Of a stretch of 64,000 nucleotides of DNA, positions 44,591 to 58,566 are shown piece after piece. Position 1 is the stretch's first letter, and every line of letters begins with the position of its first letter. Under the pieces are notes generated by a model. That model worked only from the letters and a program-made list of their open reading frames with translations. It was not told the DNA's origin and searched no databases. Position numbers and translations under genes: made by a program. Source of the stretch: the human T2T-CHM13v2.0 reference genome, Homo sapiens; assembly GCF_009914755.1 (NCBI RefSeq), contig NC_060929.1; one strand, written 5' to 3'.

Positions 44591-44937
44591 TTACTACCAT
44601 AGTCTAGTGAGAATATATGGAAAATACAAAAATCTCTAAAGTAGTATGTTGGTGAACAATCTCTGGTCAGCTGAGGGATGAACTGGAGGTGATCATTATG
44701 TAGTTGGTGAGCCTGCAAATAAAGCCAGAAGAAAATAAATAGCATGAAGCTGCACACCTGGCCTTACAGAACTGAAGGCTGAGAAGAGTGGATTCAACCC
44801 ACTGAACAAAGAAGACGTATTGTAATCTTCCTGCCATTATTTAAATTTACTGCAACAAAACATCACAAAGCAGATTACAGAGGTGTTCTTGTTATATATA
44901 TATTCCTAGTAAGTGTTGGGATTATAAAGATAATGAA

Positions 44938-45281
44938 GGCCAGGCATGTTGAATCGTGCCTGTAATCTTAGCAATTTAGAAGGCTGAGACTGGTGGATTG
45001 CTTGAGTCCAAGGAGTTCAAGACCAGTTTGAGCAACATGGCAAAACCCCATCTCTACAAAAAGATAGAAAAATTAGCTGGGCCTGGTGATGCACGCCTAT
45101 AGTTCCAGCTACTTGGGAGGCTGAGGTGGGAGGATCACCTAAGTCCAGGGAGGTGGAGGCTGCACTGAGCTGTGATCATGCCACTACACTCCAGTCTGGG
45201 CAACTGAATGAGACTCTATCATAAAAACAAAACAAAAACAAAACAAAACAAAAAATGAATAAGATGAAAAAGAAAAAAAAG
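44938..45281 (+). mobile_element. AluJ, full length, (AAAAC)n tail
   Basis: GGTGGGAGGATCACCT...GAGGCTGCA; AAAGATAATG repeated on both flanks (near 44926 and 45282). Confidence 0.9.
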
Positions 45282-45482
45282 AAAGATAATGGGATTTATT
45301 TACATGGTTATCTTGTTTGGATTGGTCCATTAACTTAGCACAATGCTTCTCAAACTTGCTGGACATAGGAATTTCCTGATACATTGCTAAAATGCAGATT
45401 CTGGTGGGTCTCAGTTGAAGTCAAAGTTCTGTTGCATGTCAAGGAGCAAGGCTTTGAGAGCCACAGCATTTGTTGATCCAGG

Positions 45483-45890
45483 TGTTAGTTCAGATCTCTG
45501 TAAAGTGAATTCCAAGATAGTAAAGATATGCAAAAGATTTACAGGAAAGCCTATGGAGGATAACCAGGAAGGGGACAGAGAATGTGGGAGAGCCATCAGA
45601 CTGCCATGAAAGTTTTACCTGGGCAGAAGACAGGGAAGGGAGGAGTATGTTGGAGGAGTTTCACACCACAGAGAGGCCAATGGGAAGACCTGAGCCAAAG
45701 ATGCCTATCAGAAGAATCTTACATATAGCAGAAATGGCCTGCACCAAGACCCCAGTCATGCTCTGCCATTGGCTGAAAGCAGCTCATGAAAAGCATATCC
45801 TTGGATCTAGAGGGACAGCAGCTGGTACCATTAGTCAATCATGCTCCCTGAAGTAGGAGATCTGAGTGGTGCTTTTTTATGGTTCCCATG
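45483..45890 (-). mobile_element. ERVL solo LTR, LTR41/LTR40-like
   Basis: GGGAGAGCCATCAGACTGC...GAGCCAAAGATGCC...CATTGGCTG...AGTCAATCATGCTCCC...GGAGATCTGAGTGGTGC. Confidence 0.6.
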
Positions 45891-46930
45891 ATCCATATTC
45901 TTGCCTCTCTACATACACTGAATATAATTCAATGTTTCTTTGAAGTCCTTGCAGAATCTGAGAATGTTTATTACAAATATTAATTTTGCAACATAAATTT
46001 GTAGTGCATGACGGCCTTTAATAAATATATTTTTATTGAACAAACAAGATTGAAGAAAAAGAAGTTAGAGCAATAAAGATTGAATTTCTTGGTACCTGAT
46101 CCAAGACATACCATGAAAGTTGCATGAGCAAGAATGATAAATTATTTCCAATTTAGAGTTTTCTTATTTGCTTCTTTCTTATAAAAGCTGATTGCAGCAA
46201 ATATTACCCAATTTTAGGTTCCAATTACTTGATGTTTAATTGTAATTAGTTTAACAGTTTGGATTTATTTCCTTTAAAGAGACCATGGGAAAAAATTGTT
46301 TACTGCAAACAAATTAACCATCATGGAATTTATATAATTCACTCATATGCACTTTGAACACTCAATATAATTACATAATTTTGATTCAAAATGAAATCAC
46401 TTGGCACTTCAGCAGGATGAAATGTGCAAAGTCCAATTTAATTTGTGTAAGGTACCAACGTTATCCATTTTTAAAAATAAAAGGCCTTGGTAGATAAAAA
46501 CTCAATTGGAACTATTATATTTTCATTCAGAATAATTTTCAATTTGTTATAGTTCATAAAGTTACAAATAAAAAATAACTATTTCTGAATTCATAAAATG
46601 TATAAACCTTGATTGACAGAAAATGACATTACATATTTTATGAGTTTGGGGTTCAAATTTTTCTCCAATTTTTTTCCTCCTTATAAGAATAAATTGTATT
46701 CTATTTGTTGACATTGTCTAATGGCTTATGTCTTTATTATCACATGAATGGTGATGCAACTTGGTACTCTTTACCTCCAAGCAGTTGTCAGCATTCATAG
46801 AACAACTTACTATGTGTTGCAGAAAAAAACTGCTGTACTGATAAAATTTATTTTTGAAGTTTCCTTTGCACATCAAAATAGAATCAACAATCTATTGATC
46901 TAGTTCATAACTCTATCTAAAAGCAACTCA

Positions 46931-47241
46931 AGCTGATGTGGTGGCTCACGCTTGTAATCCCAGCACTTTGGGAGGCTGAGGCAGGTGAATTGCTTGAGCC
47001 CAGGAGTTTGAGACCAGCCTCGGCAACATAGTGAGACCCTGTCTTTATAAAAAATACAAAAATTAGCCAGGTGTGTGGCATGAACCTGTAGTCCCAGCTA
47101 CTCAGCAGGCTGAGGTGGGAGGATCACCTAAGCCCGGGGAGGTTGAGGGTGCAGTGAGCCATGATCGTGCCACTGCACTCCAGTCTGGGTGACAGATTAA
47201 CACCCTGTCTCAAAAAAATTCAGAATAAAAATAAAAAATAT
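46931..47241 (+). mobile_element. AluJb-like, full length
   Basis: GCTTGAGCCCAGGAG diagnostic; TSD AAGCAACTCA at 46921-46930 and 47242-47251. Confidence 0.93.
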
Positions 47242-47269
47242 AAGCAACTCAATATCTAAAAGCATCATC

Positions 47270-47930
47270 CATTCACTCGATAAATCATTATTGAGTCTTC
47301 TAAGGACAAGTCACTGTGTTAAATTCCACAGGAAATTCAAGACCAAATTAGGCCAACAACACACTCTCAAAATACTCGGGGACATACAAGGGCTAGGAAT
47401 ATTTAGATAAGTTCCCCTGTTTCACTTTCTCTGTGACACTTCGAAGCTGGCTCATTATCCCAAGTAGGTGCAAAGGCGATGGTATGGGAGTTCTATAAGG
47501 ATAAGATCTATGTTTTGCCTATTGTATTTTGAGTTCAAGTGAGTAGTGGTTTTCTAATTGGGGTAATCACGTTTCTGAAAGAGGTTACATTTGACTTTAG
47601 AGTGGAAGGATAGTTAGCATTACAATAAATGAAAATGAAAGAGAGGATGGGCAAGAGGACAGAGGGAATGGCTTGAGCAATGTCCCGAAGAAGAAAAGCC
47701 AGCCAGTCTTCCAGACATGATGAGTATCCTGGTTGGCTTAGAATGTAGGAAAGCAGTAAGTAGAAGAAATTAAAAGGTCGAGATAAACTTAAGGATGCTT
47801 TGAATAACATGCTGAGGAATTTGAATAGAAGTCTCATAGGCAATGAGGAAGCTTCAGGTTTCCTCAAGATATCACTAAGACTGTCTTTAAGAACATTGAT
47901 CTGGAAACAGTGTACAGGATTTACTAGAGA
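47270..47930 (-). mobile_element. L2 remnant, antisense
   Basis: CATTCACTCGATAAATCATTATTGAG...GAAGAGGTTACATTTGAC...CATGCTGAGGAATTTG...TAGGCAATGAGGAAGC. Confidence 0.55.
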
Positions 47931-48324
47931 CGGTCAAGATGTAAACCTCTTGCTATTTGGAAAATAAAGTTGTTCCATGGCCGTTGCAGGGAATAAATGA
48001 GGTAACCCACGGAGAAAACAAGAAAAATGTCTAGGTAATGGGGAAACAGCTAAGTTAATTACTAAACAGGCAGTGAACTACATCTGCATAATTTACCGGC
48101 TTTATCAATAAAATTGGAAGAAGAAATTGAAAAACAACAAAGTTGGGGTGGCATAAGATTGGAATACAGAATAACAGACATGAAGAGCATCAAAAGAGCA
48201 TGGAAATTTGGGATCTGTTGTTAATGAGGATGGCACTGAGAAGGCTGGCCACCTCTGGAACTATTCTCTCTGTCTTGTCTTTTTCCATCATTTTCACCCT
48301 TTTTCCCCAAATTCACAGATGCAC

Positions 48325-48590
48325 TGGCAGTTTGTGTAGTGATTAGGAGAGTGAGCTTTGGAATCAATCCTACATGGATTTGAATCCCAGCTCTGTCAAT
48401 TAGTCACTAGCTAATTTACCTTGGGCAAGTTACTTTACCTCTCTAATCCTCAGTTGAATGATTAGTAATATGAAAGTAACACAAATAATCTACACCATAG
48501 AATTATGAGCCTTGCATGAGTAAATGCATATAACACACTTATAAGAGTGTCTGCCATGTTCTGAGCACCCAGTTGTTATTTTTATTATTA
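48325..48590 (+). mobile_element. MIR SINE
   Basis: GTAGTGATTAGGAG...TTTGAATCCCAGCTCTG...CCTTGGGCAAGTTACTTTACCTCTCT. Confidence 0.8.
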
Positions 48591-48599
48591 TCCTTAGCT

Positions 48600-50090
48600 A
48601 AACCAAGCTACCATTTTTTCTCTCCTGGCCATCCCTTATCAAAATCTTGAAAGTAGTCTTATCTTATTCCTCTAGTGATTGGCAGTTAGTCAATCCTCAA
48701 AACACAGCTCTAGCTCAAAACTTACTGGGACTATTGTTTTAAAGGTAGCCAAGGAGCATAGAGAAACTAAATGCAGTGACCTGTGCTTAGTCCTCAACCT
48801 CTTTGATCTCTCTCCTTTGAGCACTTCCATATCAGAGTTCCTCTCTCTATGACATACTGTCTAGGTTCTACTCTTATCTCCCTGGCTTTTACTTCAGTTC
48901 TTTCTGACTTCTCTTCCAGGTGAATAAATGTGGGTGTTACCCAAGATCTTTCCTTGACTCTTCTTCTTTCTCCATGATCATGCCCAGATGGGTTTTTGGT
49001 GTGGATGTCCTTTCTGTTTGTTAGTTTTCCTTCTAACAGACAGGACCCTCAGCTGCAGGTCTGTTGGAGTTTGCTAGAGGTCCACTCCAGACCCTGTTTG
49101 CCTGGGTATCAGCAGCGGTGTTTGTAGAACAGCGGTTTTTCGTGAACCGCGAATGCTGCTGTCTGATCGTTCCTCTGGAAGTTTTGTCTCAGAGGAGTAC
49201 CCGGCCCCGTGAAGTGTCAGTCTGCCCCTACTGGGGGGTGCCTCCCAGTTAGGCTGCTCAGGGGTCAGGGACCCACTTGAGAAGGCAGTCTGCCCGTTCT
49301 CAGATCTCCAGCTGCGTGCTGGGAGAACCACTGCTCTCTTCAAAGCTGTCAGACAGGGACCTTCTCCAAAAGTTTAAACAAGTCTTCGTAGAACTATCTC
49401 CAAAATCTGCATCTGTAGTCTTGACTGACTTTCTTAACTCCAATACTACATGTCAACACCCCAACTAGATATTCTATATCACTATAAACTTGGCAAGTTC
49501 AAATCAAACCCAATTTGCAACCAATACACGCCTTCAGCCGTTTCATTTTCATTAGCAAAACTCTTTTAACTAGACAGCAAGAGGGGAAACCTTGTGGCTA
49601 ATCTCATTAACTCCATCACATTTTTTTTCCTCCCTCACTCCAGTGTAAATAGTTGTCAGATCATATGAGGTGAACCTCTTCAGTGCCTCTCACATCCTTT
49701 CCAAAAGTTACCCTTGTAGCTCAGGTCTTGATTACCCCTTGTCTTGATTACTGTTTGTTATAAACCAAGTTCTCTGCCTCTATCACCTGACTTTCCCAAA
49801 CCCTCCTAACAACTTTTGCCACATTACTTTCCCAAATGCAGTTGTGGAAAGGGGTCCTTGCTTCTTCAAAAATTCTAACTTCTTGAGGCTTAAATTATAC
49901 TTCATAAACAACTCTATCATTAGGAGAATAGTCAGACATATTAACTATATATATGCTTGTCTTGCCTCCTCTACTAAAATTGAGCTAATTAAAATCAGAT
50001 GTCATGCCATAGCATTGTATCCACTCATATTACAGGCAGTGCCTAAACACAAAATGCGTGTAATAAGTATGTAATGAACAGATTTTCTAT
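48600..50090 (+). mobile_element. L2 remnant split by the L1 5'UTR fragment
   Basis: L2-like sequence continues across the insert (CCATGATCATGCC | CTTCTCCAAAAGTTTAAA...CTCCAAAATCTGCATCTG) and ends with CAGTGCCTAAACAC; boundaries approximate. Confidence 0.55.
48985..49360 (-). mobile_element. Isolated internal L1 5'UTR fragment (L1PA3-like), 376 bp
   Basis: Reverse complement is collinear with 10980-11356 of the full-length L1; no poly(A), 3'UTR or TSD; CpGs largely retained. Confidence 0.95.
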
Positions 50091-52162
50091 TGAATAAGTG
50101 TATTCCCCTCCCTAAAAATCTACAATATGATTCCACATTTCTTACCAAGTAAGATAAAAACTTAACTGTAATGCTTTCTGAAACTTAGCACTAATCTACC
50201 TCTCCTACCTCTCCAGTGTTTTCTGTTTTTGTACCATGGTGTCCTATGAAACTGAAATACTAGTGTGCTTCACATTTCTTACCTTTCCTATTCTCCCCAT
50301 GATATCCCTCAGTTTGGAATATCCTATTCTCTTTCCTTCCATAATTAAATCTTACTTAACTAAAAGCCTTCTTCTCATTTAAGCCTTCACTAACCTTTCC
50401 TTCTTTAAAGTAATTTCTTTTTCATCTGAAATTTCTTATGACTTAGCCCTCCATTCTGGTACTAAATGTATTCCACATAAAAAGTGGCTACTTCTGTACT
50501 CATCTTGCCTATTTGGCTGTGAACTTACTGAGTACAAGGACTATGTCTGACTCATCTTGTATCTCTATTGTACTGAGAACAAGGTCTGGACCATTGAATA
50601 CACTCAATTCATATCATGATGTTCCGGCTAAATAGAGCCACGGGAATCTAATACACATGGCCTCCTGTCCCACACACAACTCCTGGAAGTCAGGAAAGCC
50701 AGTCATGCAACCTGAGTGCATGACATAACCTTTCAGGACATCATTTTACCACCTGCAAAGAAGGTAAGATTTTGGAGAATATTTTAGGAACTGAGTCCAC
50801 ATAAAGCATTTATTTTGGGGTTCACTTATGCTAAATAATCAATAAATGTTAGATATTATTATCATTATTTTCTACAAAAGAGTGTCCTATTCACTCACTC
50901 TTCTAATCCATTCTTGCTAACCCTCCAGATTATTTATTCCAGAATAGTGTTGTGGTCTAGCAAGTCCCTACTTCAATTTCCTTTAACAACCCACTAGTGC
51001 TCAGTGAAGAAAATCTCAAACTCCAACCTCCTGCTCCTCCCCAAGAACAGGCCAGAAGCTGAAACACTAATTTAACCTGTTTGCCTGTGGAAGAGCTGCT
51101 GGCCACTGCAGTTTATCTCCTTTCTCTTCCTCTCATGACCTACGGCAGTGCAACCACCATCTAGGTGTCTAGCTCAATATACAATGTGAGGTGTGGGGAA
51201 TGGATAAAGGAAAGGCAAAGCCCCTTGAAGTCCAGGTTACCAGACTTTTCTGTTGAGACATGGAGCTATCTCAGCAATCAAAAGGAAAAAGGTAAAATGT
51301 ATTATATGCATTTGTCAAGATTACCCAGCATCCAATATTGGTAATAGATATGACTGAAAAAAAAATGCTAATGGGCCTAAAACATCCACATCAAATTTCC
51401 ATTGAGATGTACCTCATTCACAAGATAAAAAGAAATACACTTTTGGCTAAATACCAAGTCCAAGATTTTTGTAAAATAGTATGAAGTGTTTTAAAAAGCT
51501 CTGAAAGAAGCATCAACTTCTATCTAAGGTGGGAAGTCCTATTATTCATTTCCTGCCAGAATTTAAAAAAAAATCCTTAAATTTAATTTAAATTTAAAGA
51601 AAAAGTTTAAGGTCATCTCAACATCTGACTTCTTTGTAAGTCAGGTAAACAGAGAAGAAGAAGTCAAAAGAAGGAGGCATAATACTTTTTGCATATCATA
51701 CTGATATGTCTTGTTTTGTACTTATAGTCAGCCATTTCAAAGAAGGTTCCTATTTAATATGTTTGAAATTTTCTCAAAGACACTGCATTAATAATTTCTC
51801 ATTAAGGCTAGTGATATATTATTTAAGAACAGCATTGAGAGAGATGTAAAAAATTTAAACATCATTATAAGCAAACCGGCCAACACACATGCACACACCA
51901 ATTTAAAATGTCCTTTAGTTTCTTCTTAAAGTAAATGAAAAGGCACATACACTATTTTCTAAGAAACTTTAGTCTATAATATATTTTTCTTCCACCAGGA
52001 ATGTCTTTGTCCCATTACCCCAAGTAAGATTCCACCCTTTCTTCGTAATCTGCTTCAGATGTCACCTCCTTTATTGAGACTTTCCTGGTTCTCCCCAACC
52101 ATAAACTATCTCCTTCCTCTGAGCCCCTATGGGGCTTGACCAATTTCGAGTCTGCAGTGGCC

Positions 52163-52428
52163 CGGGGTCTGCTGAATGACTTTCACAGGCCATTGGAACT
52201 TTTTGCCTTATCAGCCTCTTCATAATAAAATATTAAAATGATATTTTATAACTGATTGGTATGAACATAAATGAAATCTAGGCTGATTTTTTTTTATTAT
52301 ACATTCATTATTATTATGATACTTAATTTTTTCTTATTTAAAAAAATTAAAAGGAAACATTTTATGGGCTCCTAAATGCATCATGGTACTAGGCCTTCCA
52401 TCCCCGCCTAATGGGTAACTTGGCCCCA
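52163..52428 (-). mobile_element. MER45-like hAT-Tip100 relic
   Basis: AAACATTTTATGGGCTCCTAAA...CTAGGC...GCCTAATGGGTAACTTGGCCC end. Confidence 0.5.
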
Positions 52429-54601
52429 TCACTTTCACACCAGACTTGTGTTGTAATTATTTATGCATGTGCTATCTCCCCTTCTAGGAAAAGAGCTTTA
52501 GGTTAGAAGCCTGAAAACTCTTTATAGCAACTATCTGAAATAAGTTTATTGAATGATATACAACCTTCCAGGGTCTTTAGAGAAAGAACACTCAGGAATT
52601 TACTTAGTTCTGCATTTACTGAGGCAGGGTGGCTACCACTCTTTGGTATGACTAATTATGATTCCTACTTTTTTCCAGTGAGAAAGCTACATTATTATTG
52701 TTAGATTTAAATGTTCCTATTTTTAATGAAGTACTAAGGGAACAAGTTAGAAACAAACTAGTAATCAAGAACCCTGGAGACTTGTTTCCATTTTCAAAGT
52801 TTCCTTTGTTGATTAATACTTTGTTTTTAGAAAAGGGTGTATGTGTGTGCATGTGTCCCATATATGAACAAAAAGTGACCTGAAAAAAAATTGGGAAAAT
52901 GAGGCTTTTCTTTACTTCAATCTGGTACATTAGATTAACTAACTTAATGTGTATGAAGTCACTTTTTATACATTTTATACACTTTTTACACATTTAGGTT
53001 GCCACCTAAAATGTATACACCCATGCCCATAATTGATTGTAAGCCTACGGCACTGGGCATATTAGTGAAATGCAGAGAAAATTGTTCAGTTTTTAAGCCA
53101 TCACACTGCTCTGTCCCTAAAATCTTGAGTGAGTTGAAAATAAAAACTACAAAAGTTTATGCCATTAGCAATGTTCTTGACCTACATAGGTTTTGATGCA
53201 AGCCATTTTGCAGATGAGGTTGCTCTCTCTTTAACTGATTTCATGGTCAAGGTTGGAACCAGCATAAATCACCTTATAAGAACAGGCACATATCTTGTTC
53301 ACTTCTAAGATATATGTTTCCTGCCATGGCAAGTGTCTGGCAGAAGGCACTTAACTCCGAAAGCATTGTTACAGGGATCAGCAAATACAATTCCCTCAGT
53401 ACACAGCATCTCCAGAAAGTTCCCAGAATTCTGAAACAAGTGATTTTTATGGCCATGCCAAATAAAGTTTATTCAAGAAAATGCTCCCCTATTTGTAACA
53501 TTCTCAAGAGTATTTACAGCAAATGTTTGGAGAGGTAGTGCTGTGGGGAGTAGTCAGGTGATCTGGAATGCCATTTGTTAGTGAGAGCTGCTGAACACAT
53601 GGTAGTCATTTCATTTCTCCTCAATGGGGGCACCAAAGGCTGGCTCCATAGAAGTACAGAGGTCTTTCATCATTATGCTCTACTAAGATCTCACTCAATG
53701 CTGCCACAAATTTAACAATATTTTTTAAAAACTTCTTCATGGAGCCAATTATAATTTTCTCACAGGTATATATAATATTCATGAAAGCATCTTTAGAAAC
53801 TGTTATTTTTATTGCTCTGTAACAATTAAGCTAAATAAAAACCATATCCTTACCATGCACAGGTAGCTCCAAGACCTGGCTCCAGGCTACCACTCCCACA
53901 GATGGCTGCCTGGACATAAAGCCCATCCACTCCAAGATAGGGAGCCAGCACTGCTACTGGTTGTCTTCCCAAAACACCAGTGATTACTGGCAGGGTACTT
54001 TCATTTGAGAATAAAAACAAAACCAAGTAAAACAAAAATCACACACACAAACACTGACTTCCTAATGTGGTACTTTTCATTCAGAGAGGGAAAATAAACA
54101 TAAAATAAAATGAAATCATAAGCTTCAGAGAGTAGGATCATTTGCTTGCAAATCATTCAGATGCAGTAGCAGCTAGTTTGCCCAGAGTTTAGATTAAAAG
54201 TGTCAGGTTCCTTCAGGGGGATTTTCCCAAGCGCGGATGAAAATCACACTCGGATGCAGTCATTCCTTTGGAATGTAGCAAATTTAGATGACCCAGGTAG
54301 CTGTGGAGGCTGCTTTCCAAGGGCATTTCCAGCTCTCTTTCCTTCTCTCTGAGAGCAAGAGTGATGAAGTGCATTCTTGCCTACTCATCTGCCCTGTGAT
54401 CTGTGGATCCACAATGAAGTACAAGTCGAGCATGAATCAGCAAAATGCTCTATTGAAAAAGAAACTGACCTAATGATGCTACGGTATGAAGTATGAAGAA
54501 GTAGGAAGGTATGAACAACAAGAAAATCCCCAGTGCACCCAGCCTGGCTCACACTCTTGCTGGGAGACTCGCCCAATGTTGGATTTCAAGTAGGTTCAAG
54601 G

Positions 54602-54668
54602 TAGGTTTGCCAGATAAAACACAGAATGCCCAGTTACATTTGAATTTCAGTAAACAACTGATAATAAT
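54602..54668. mobile_element. MER53-like terminal fragment
   Basis: TTGCCAGATAAAACACAGAATGCCCAGTTACATTTGAATTTCAG. Confidence 0.6.
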
Positions 54669-55150
54669 CAGTGGACTGTTAAGACATCTACCTTTCTGAT
54701 ATTCTCTCTTCTCTGAAGCCTCCCTGGATCCTTGAGGTACCAAAAGCATTAATAATAAAAGCAACAACCAATATTAAAGAGCTTCCATTTTCAAGAGCAC
54801 TTTTCACATTCATTAGCCAGCTCTTTAGTTTGTCTTTACGACATTCCTGAAGGTTGATATTATTATGGGCAATTGACTGATAAAACTAGAGGCTCATCTG
54901 AAATTAAGGCATTTATTCATTCAAGTAAATGTTACAGTTAGATTTAAAGCTCTGGTATCAACTTAACTGCCTCCCAAAAGCACTTTGTGCCTTTATTTTT
55001 AAAATAAAGCTTATGAAATTCTCCCAGATACCTCGTTTATCTACCTTGCTTTCACCTAAATTTCGGGCTTCCAGAAAATGGAGATTGATTATTGTTTATT
55101 TTTACTAACCTCACCATGCCCTGATGTTCAATAAAATGTCTTTTGATTTA

Positions 55151-55539
<389 letters not shown>

Positions 55540-56419
55540 TTACTTTTTTCAGGTTAACCAAGATTACCTTCAATCCATCTTGTTCACTACATTTCTGCAA
55601 GATAGAGGGAAATTGTAATTATATTCTATGTATTTGCTAAAAGAAACACAGTGAATTATTGCAAACAATGAGAATGGAATTCAGGCTTCCTTTTCCTCAG
55701 CCTTTTTGTGATTTTGTTATCATTTTTGTGCCTACCAGGAGGACCCAAGATTTTTCATCTCCTAGAGATAGTATAAGTGTTAATGAGAGAAGGTATGTGT
55801 GACACACTAAAGGATGTCTGAAAAAAAGGTACTTTTGAAATGTAAATATTAATGTAATGTCTCAGCTTTGGGTAGCTGAAACTGGTGTTCATGTGCAGTC
55901 ACTGAGTTTCTTAAAAGGCAAATGAAAATAACTGCAATAAACATTAATATTTTTTATTTTATTGGATCTTGATGTCCAAAAGTGAAACCCCAAATCTCCA
56001 TCAGTATATACCATGTTGAAATCAGTCAGAATGGGCAGAAATTAAAAGGTTCCCCTTTTACAGATGATAGAATAGCCTGCTCTCCCTGGAAGGCACTAAT
56101 GGAACTTGCCTGGAAAACAACTGCGTGCTCAACATGGTGTTAAAAGGAAGCATGTTTTAACCAGTTGGAAATGTCTATTGGGCGAGCTCCGTTCTTGGCC
56201 TGTGTTTTGTCCATTCTCTCTATCCTGAGATAGCTCCATGCTGTCAACTCAACAAGACTGGGATTTCCTGCTTCGATGAGCAACAATGCCAAAATTCTGG
56301 CAAAGTGCTTTTATTTCTGTGTCATCATGTTACCACAGTCCCAGAAATAGAGGAGCTCCTTAAAAATGATGGCAGATTGTATATTTTGCTCTTTTGATAA
56401 AAGTCCAATATACTAAACA

Positions 56420-56672
56420 ATGTAGCAGAATAATTAAAAAATGCATGTGTGTTGGAGACAGGCCAAACTAGTTGCAAATACTGTCTCCACTCTGTGGACC
56501 TTGAACAAGTCCCTTAAGTCCTTTAATTTCTAATTTCCTCTTTTGTAAATAGATCTAATAATCTTGACCTCATAGAATTATGGTGAAATTAAATAAAATG
56601 CCATTGCTTCAAGTCATTTAGCATAATGCCTAATATATAGTATATCCTCCACAAGTGTAGGGGTGGCTATTA
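56420..56672 (+). mobile_element. MIR SINE
   Basis: GACCTTGAACAAGTCCCTTAA...TTTCCTCTTTTGTAAA...ACCTCATAGAATTATGGTGAAATTAAAT. Confidence 0.7.
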
Positions 56673-57165
56673 CTCTTAAATACTTGAAGCATTAAATACC
56701 AGAAGCCTCTGCTTCAGTTTGTGTGTATATGATAGAGCTATTTTCTAACATCTGGTGTTGGGACCCAGTGACATAGTCACTAGTCATTTCTAAAAGCTTC
56801 CCTGGATGATTCTAATATGAAGGCAAAGTTAAGAACTACAGCTCTGGGGCAGGAATGATATCACCATTTTGTGAAGGCCAACTAAATGTCAGCCTACACT
56901 CTGGCATGAAAATAAATTCCTTGGTCAAATAAATTTGGAAAATGCTTCTTATTAAAGATTCCACAGGATTATTCAAGACCCTGAATGGTCATGCAATTTA
57001 AAACAAATAAACAAACACCGGTTTGCAAATTTTCCAAACTAATCAGCATACGACATATTTTTGTTAACACCAAGTAGCATCTCAACTTACACACTTAATG
57101 AAGATGCTGAGGGAAAGAGAAACATTCCAGTTTGAAAAGATTTTGAATATAATCAGTAGCTGGAT

Positions 57166-58566
57166 TTTTTTAATGTTTTAACTTTTATTATAGATTAAAG
57201 AGTACATATGCAGATTTGTTACATGAATAAATTGCGTGATACTGAGGCTTGGGGTCCCAACAATCCCATCACTGAGGCAGCAAGCATAGTACACAATAGG
57301 TGGTTCTTCAGCTCATGCTTCTCTTCCTCCCTCCCCTGTCTAGTGGTCCCCAGTGTCTATTGCTCCCATCTTTACATTAAAGTGTATTCAATGTTTAACT
57401 TCCACTTACAAGTGAGAACATGCAATATTTGGTTTTCTGTTCTTGTGAGGTCACTTAGGATGATGGCTTCCAGCTCCATCCATATTGCTGCAAAAGACAT
57501 TATTTTGTTTTGTTATGGCTGCATAGTATTCCATGGTGTAAATGTACTACATTTGCTTTATCCAACCCACTGTTGATGACAACCTAGGTTGATTCCATGT
57601 CTTTGCTACTGTAAATAATGCTGCAGTGAACATATAGGTGAATGTGTCTTTTTGATAGAATGAATCATTTTCCTTTGAGTATATACCCAGTAGTGAGATT
57701 GCTGGGTTGAATGGTAGTTATATTTTAAGTTCTTTGACAAATCTCCAAACTGCTTTCCACAATGGCTGAACTACTTTGTGTTCCCATCAACAGTGTATAA
57801 GCATTTTCTTTTCTCTGCAGCCTCACCAACATCTGCTGTTTTTTTTTTTTTGACTTTTTAATAATAGCCATTCTGACTGGTGTGACATGGTATCTCGCTG
57901 TGGTTTTGATTTGCATTTTTCTGATGTCTAATGATGTTGAGCACTAGTCATATGTTTTTATATGCTTCCTGGCCATTTGTATGTCTTATTTTGGGAAGTA
58001 TCTGTTCATGTCCTTTGCCCATGTTTTAATTGTTTTTTTTTTTTTGAATGTTTTTCATTGCTTTATTTTAGTTACTTGGAGATTCTGGATATTAGACCTT
58101 TGTCAGATGCATAGGTTGTGAATATTTTCTCCCATTCTTAAGTCTATTTATTCTGTTAGTAATTTATTTTGCTGTGCAGAAGCCCTTTAGTTTAATTAAT
58201 TAGGTTCCACTTGTCAATTTTTGATTTTTTTGCAATTGCATTTGGGGACTTAGCTATAGTTTCTTTCCCAAGGTTAGTGTCAAAAAGGGTATTTCCTGGG
58301 TTTTCTTCCAGTATTTTTCTAGATTGAGGTCTTGCACTTAACTCTTTAATCCATCTTGAGTTAATTTTCATGTATGATGAGAGGTAGGGGTCCAGTATCA
58401 TTCTTTTGCATATGGCCAGCCAGTTATCCCGGCATCATTTATTGAATAGGAAGTCCTTTTCCCATTGCTTATTTTTATTGATTTTGTCAAAGAACAGATG
58501 GTTGTAGGTGTGCAGGTTTATTTCTGGGCTCTCTATTCTGTTACAATGATCTATATGTCTGTTTTT
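57166..58566 (-). mobile_element. 5'-truncated L1PA15/16-like element, about 1.4 kb
   Basis: Antisense 3'UTR (GTACATATGCAGATTTGTTACATG...CCCCAGTGTCTATTG) and ORF2 remnants (MQIKTTARYH, LDPYLSSY...INSRWIK); degenerate TSD AGTAGCTGGATTTT / AGTACTTGGACTTT. Confidence 0.88.

Noticed and set aside
48985-49360. Fragment as a local inverted copy of the L1 at 10980-11356
   Set aside because: It differs at several subfamily-diagnostic sites and keeps CpGs that the local copy has lost.
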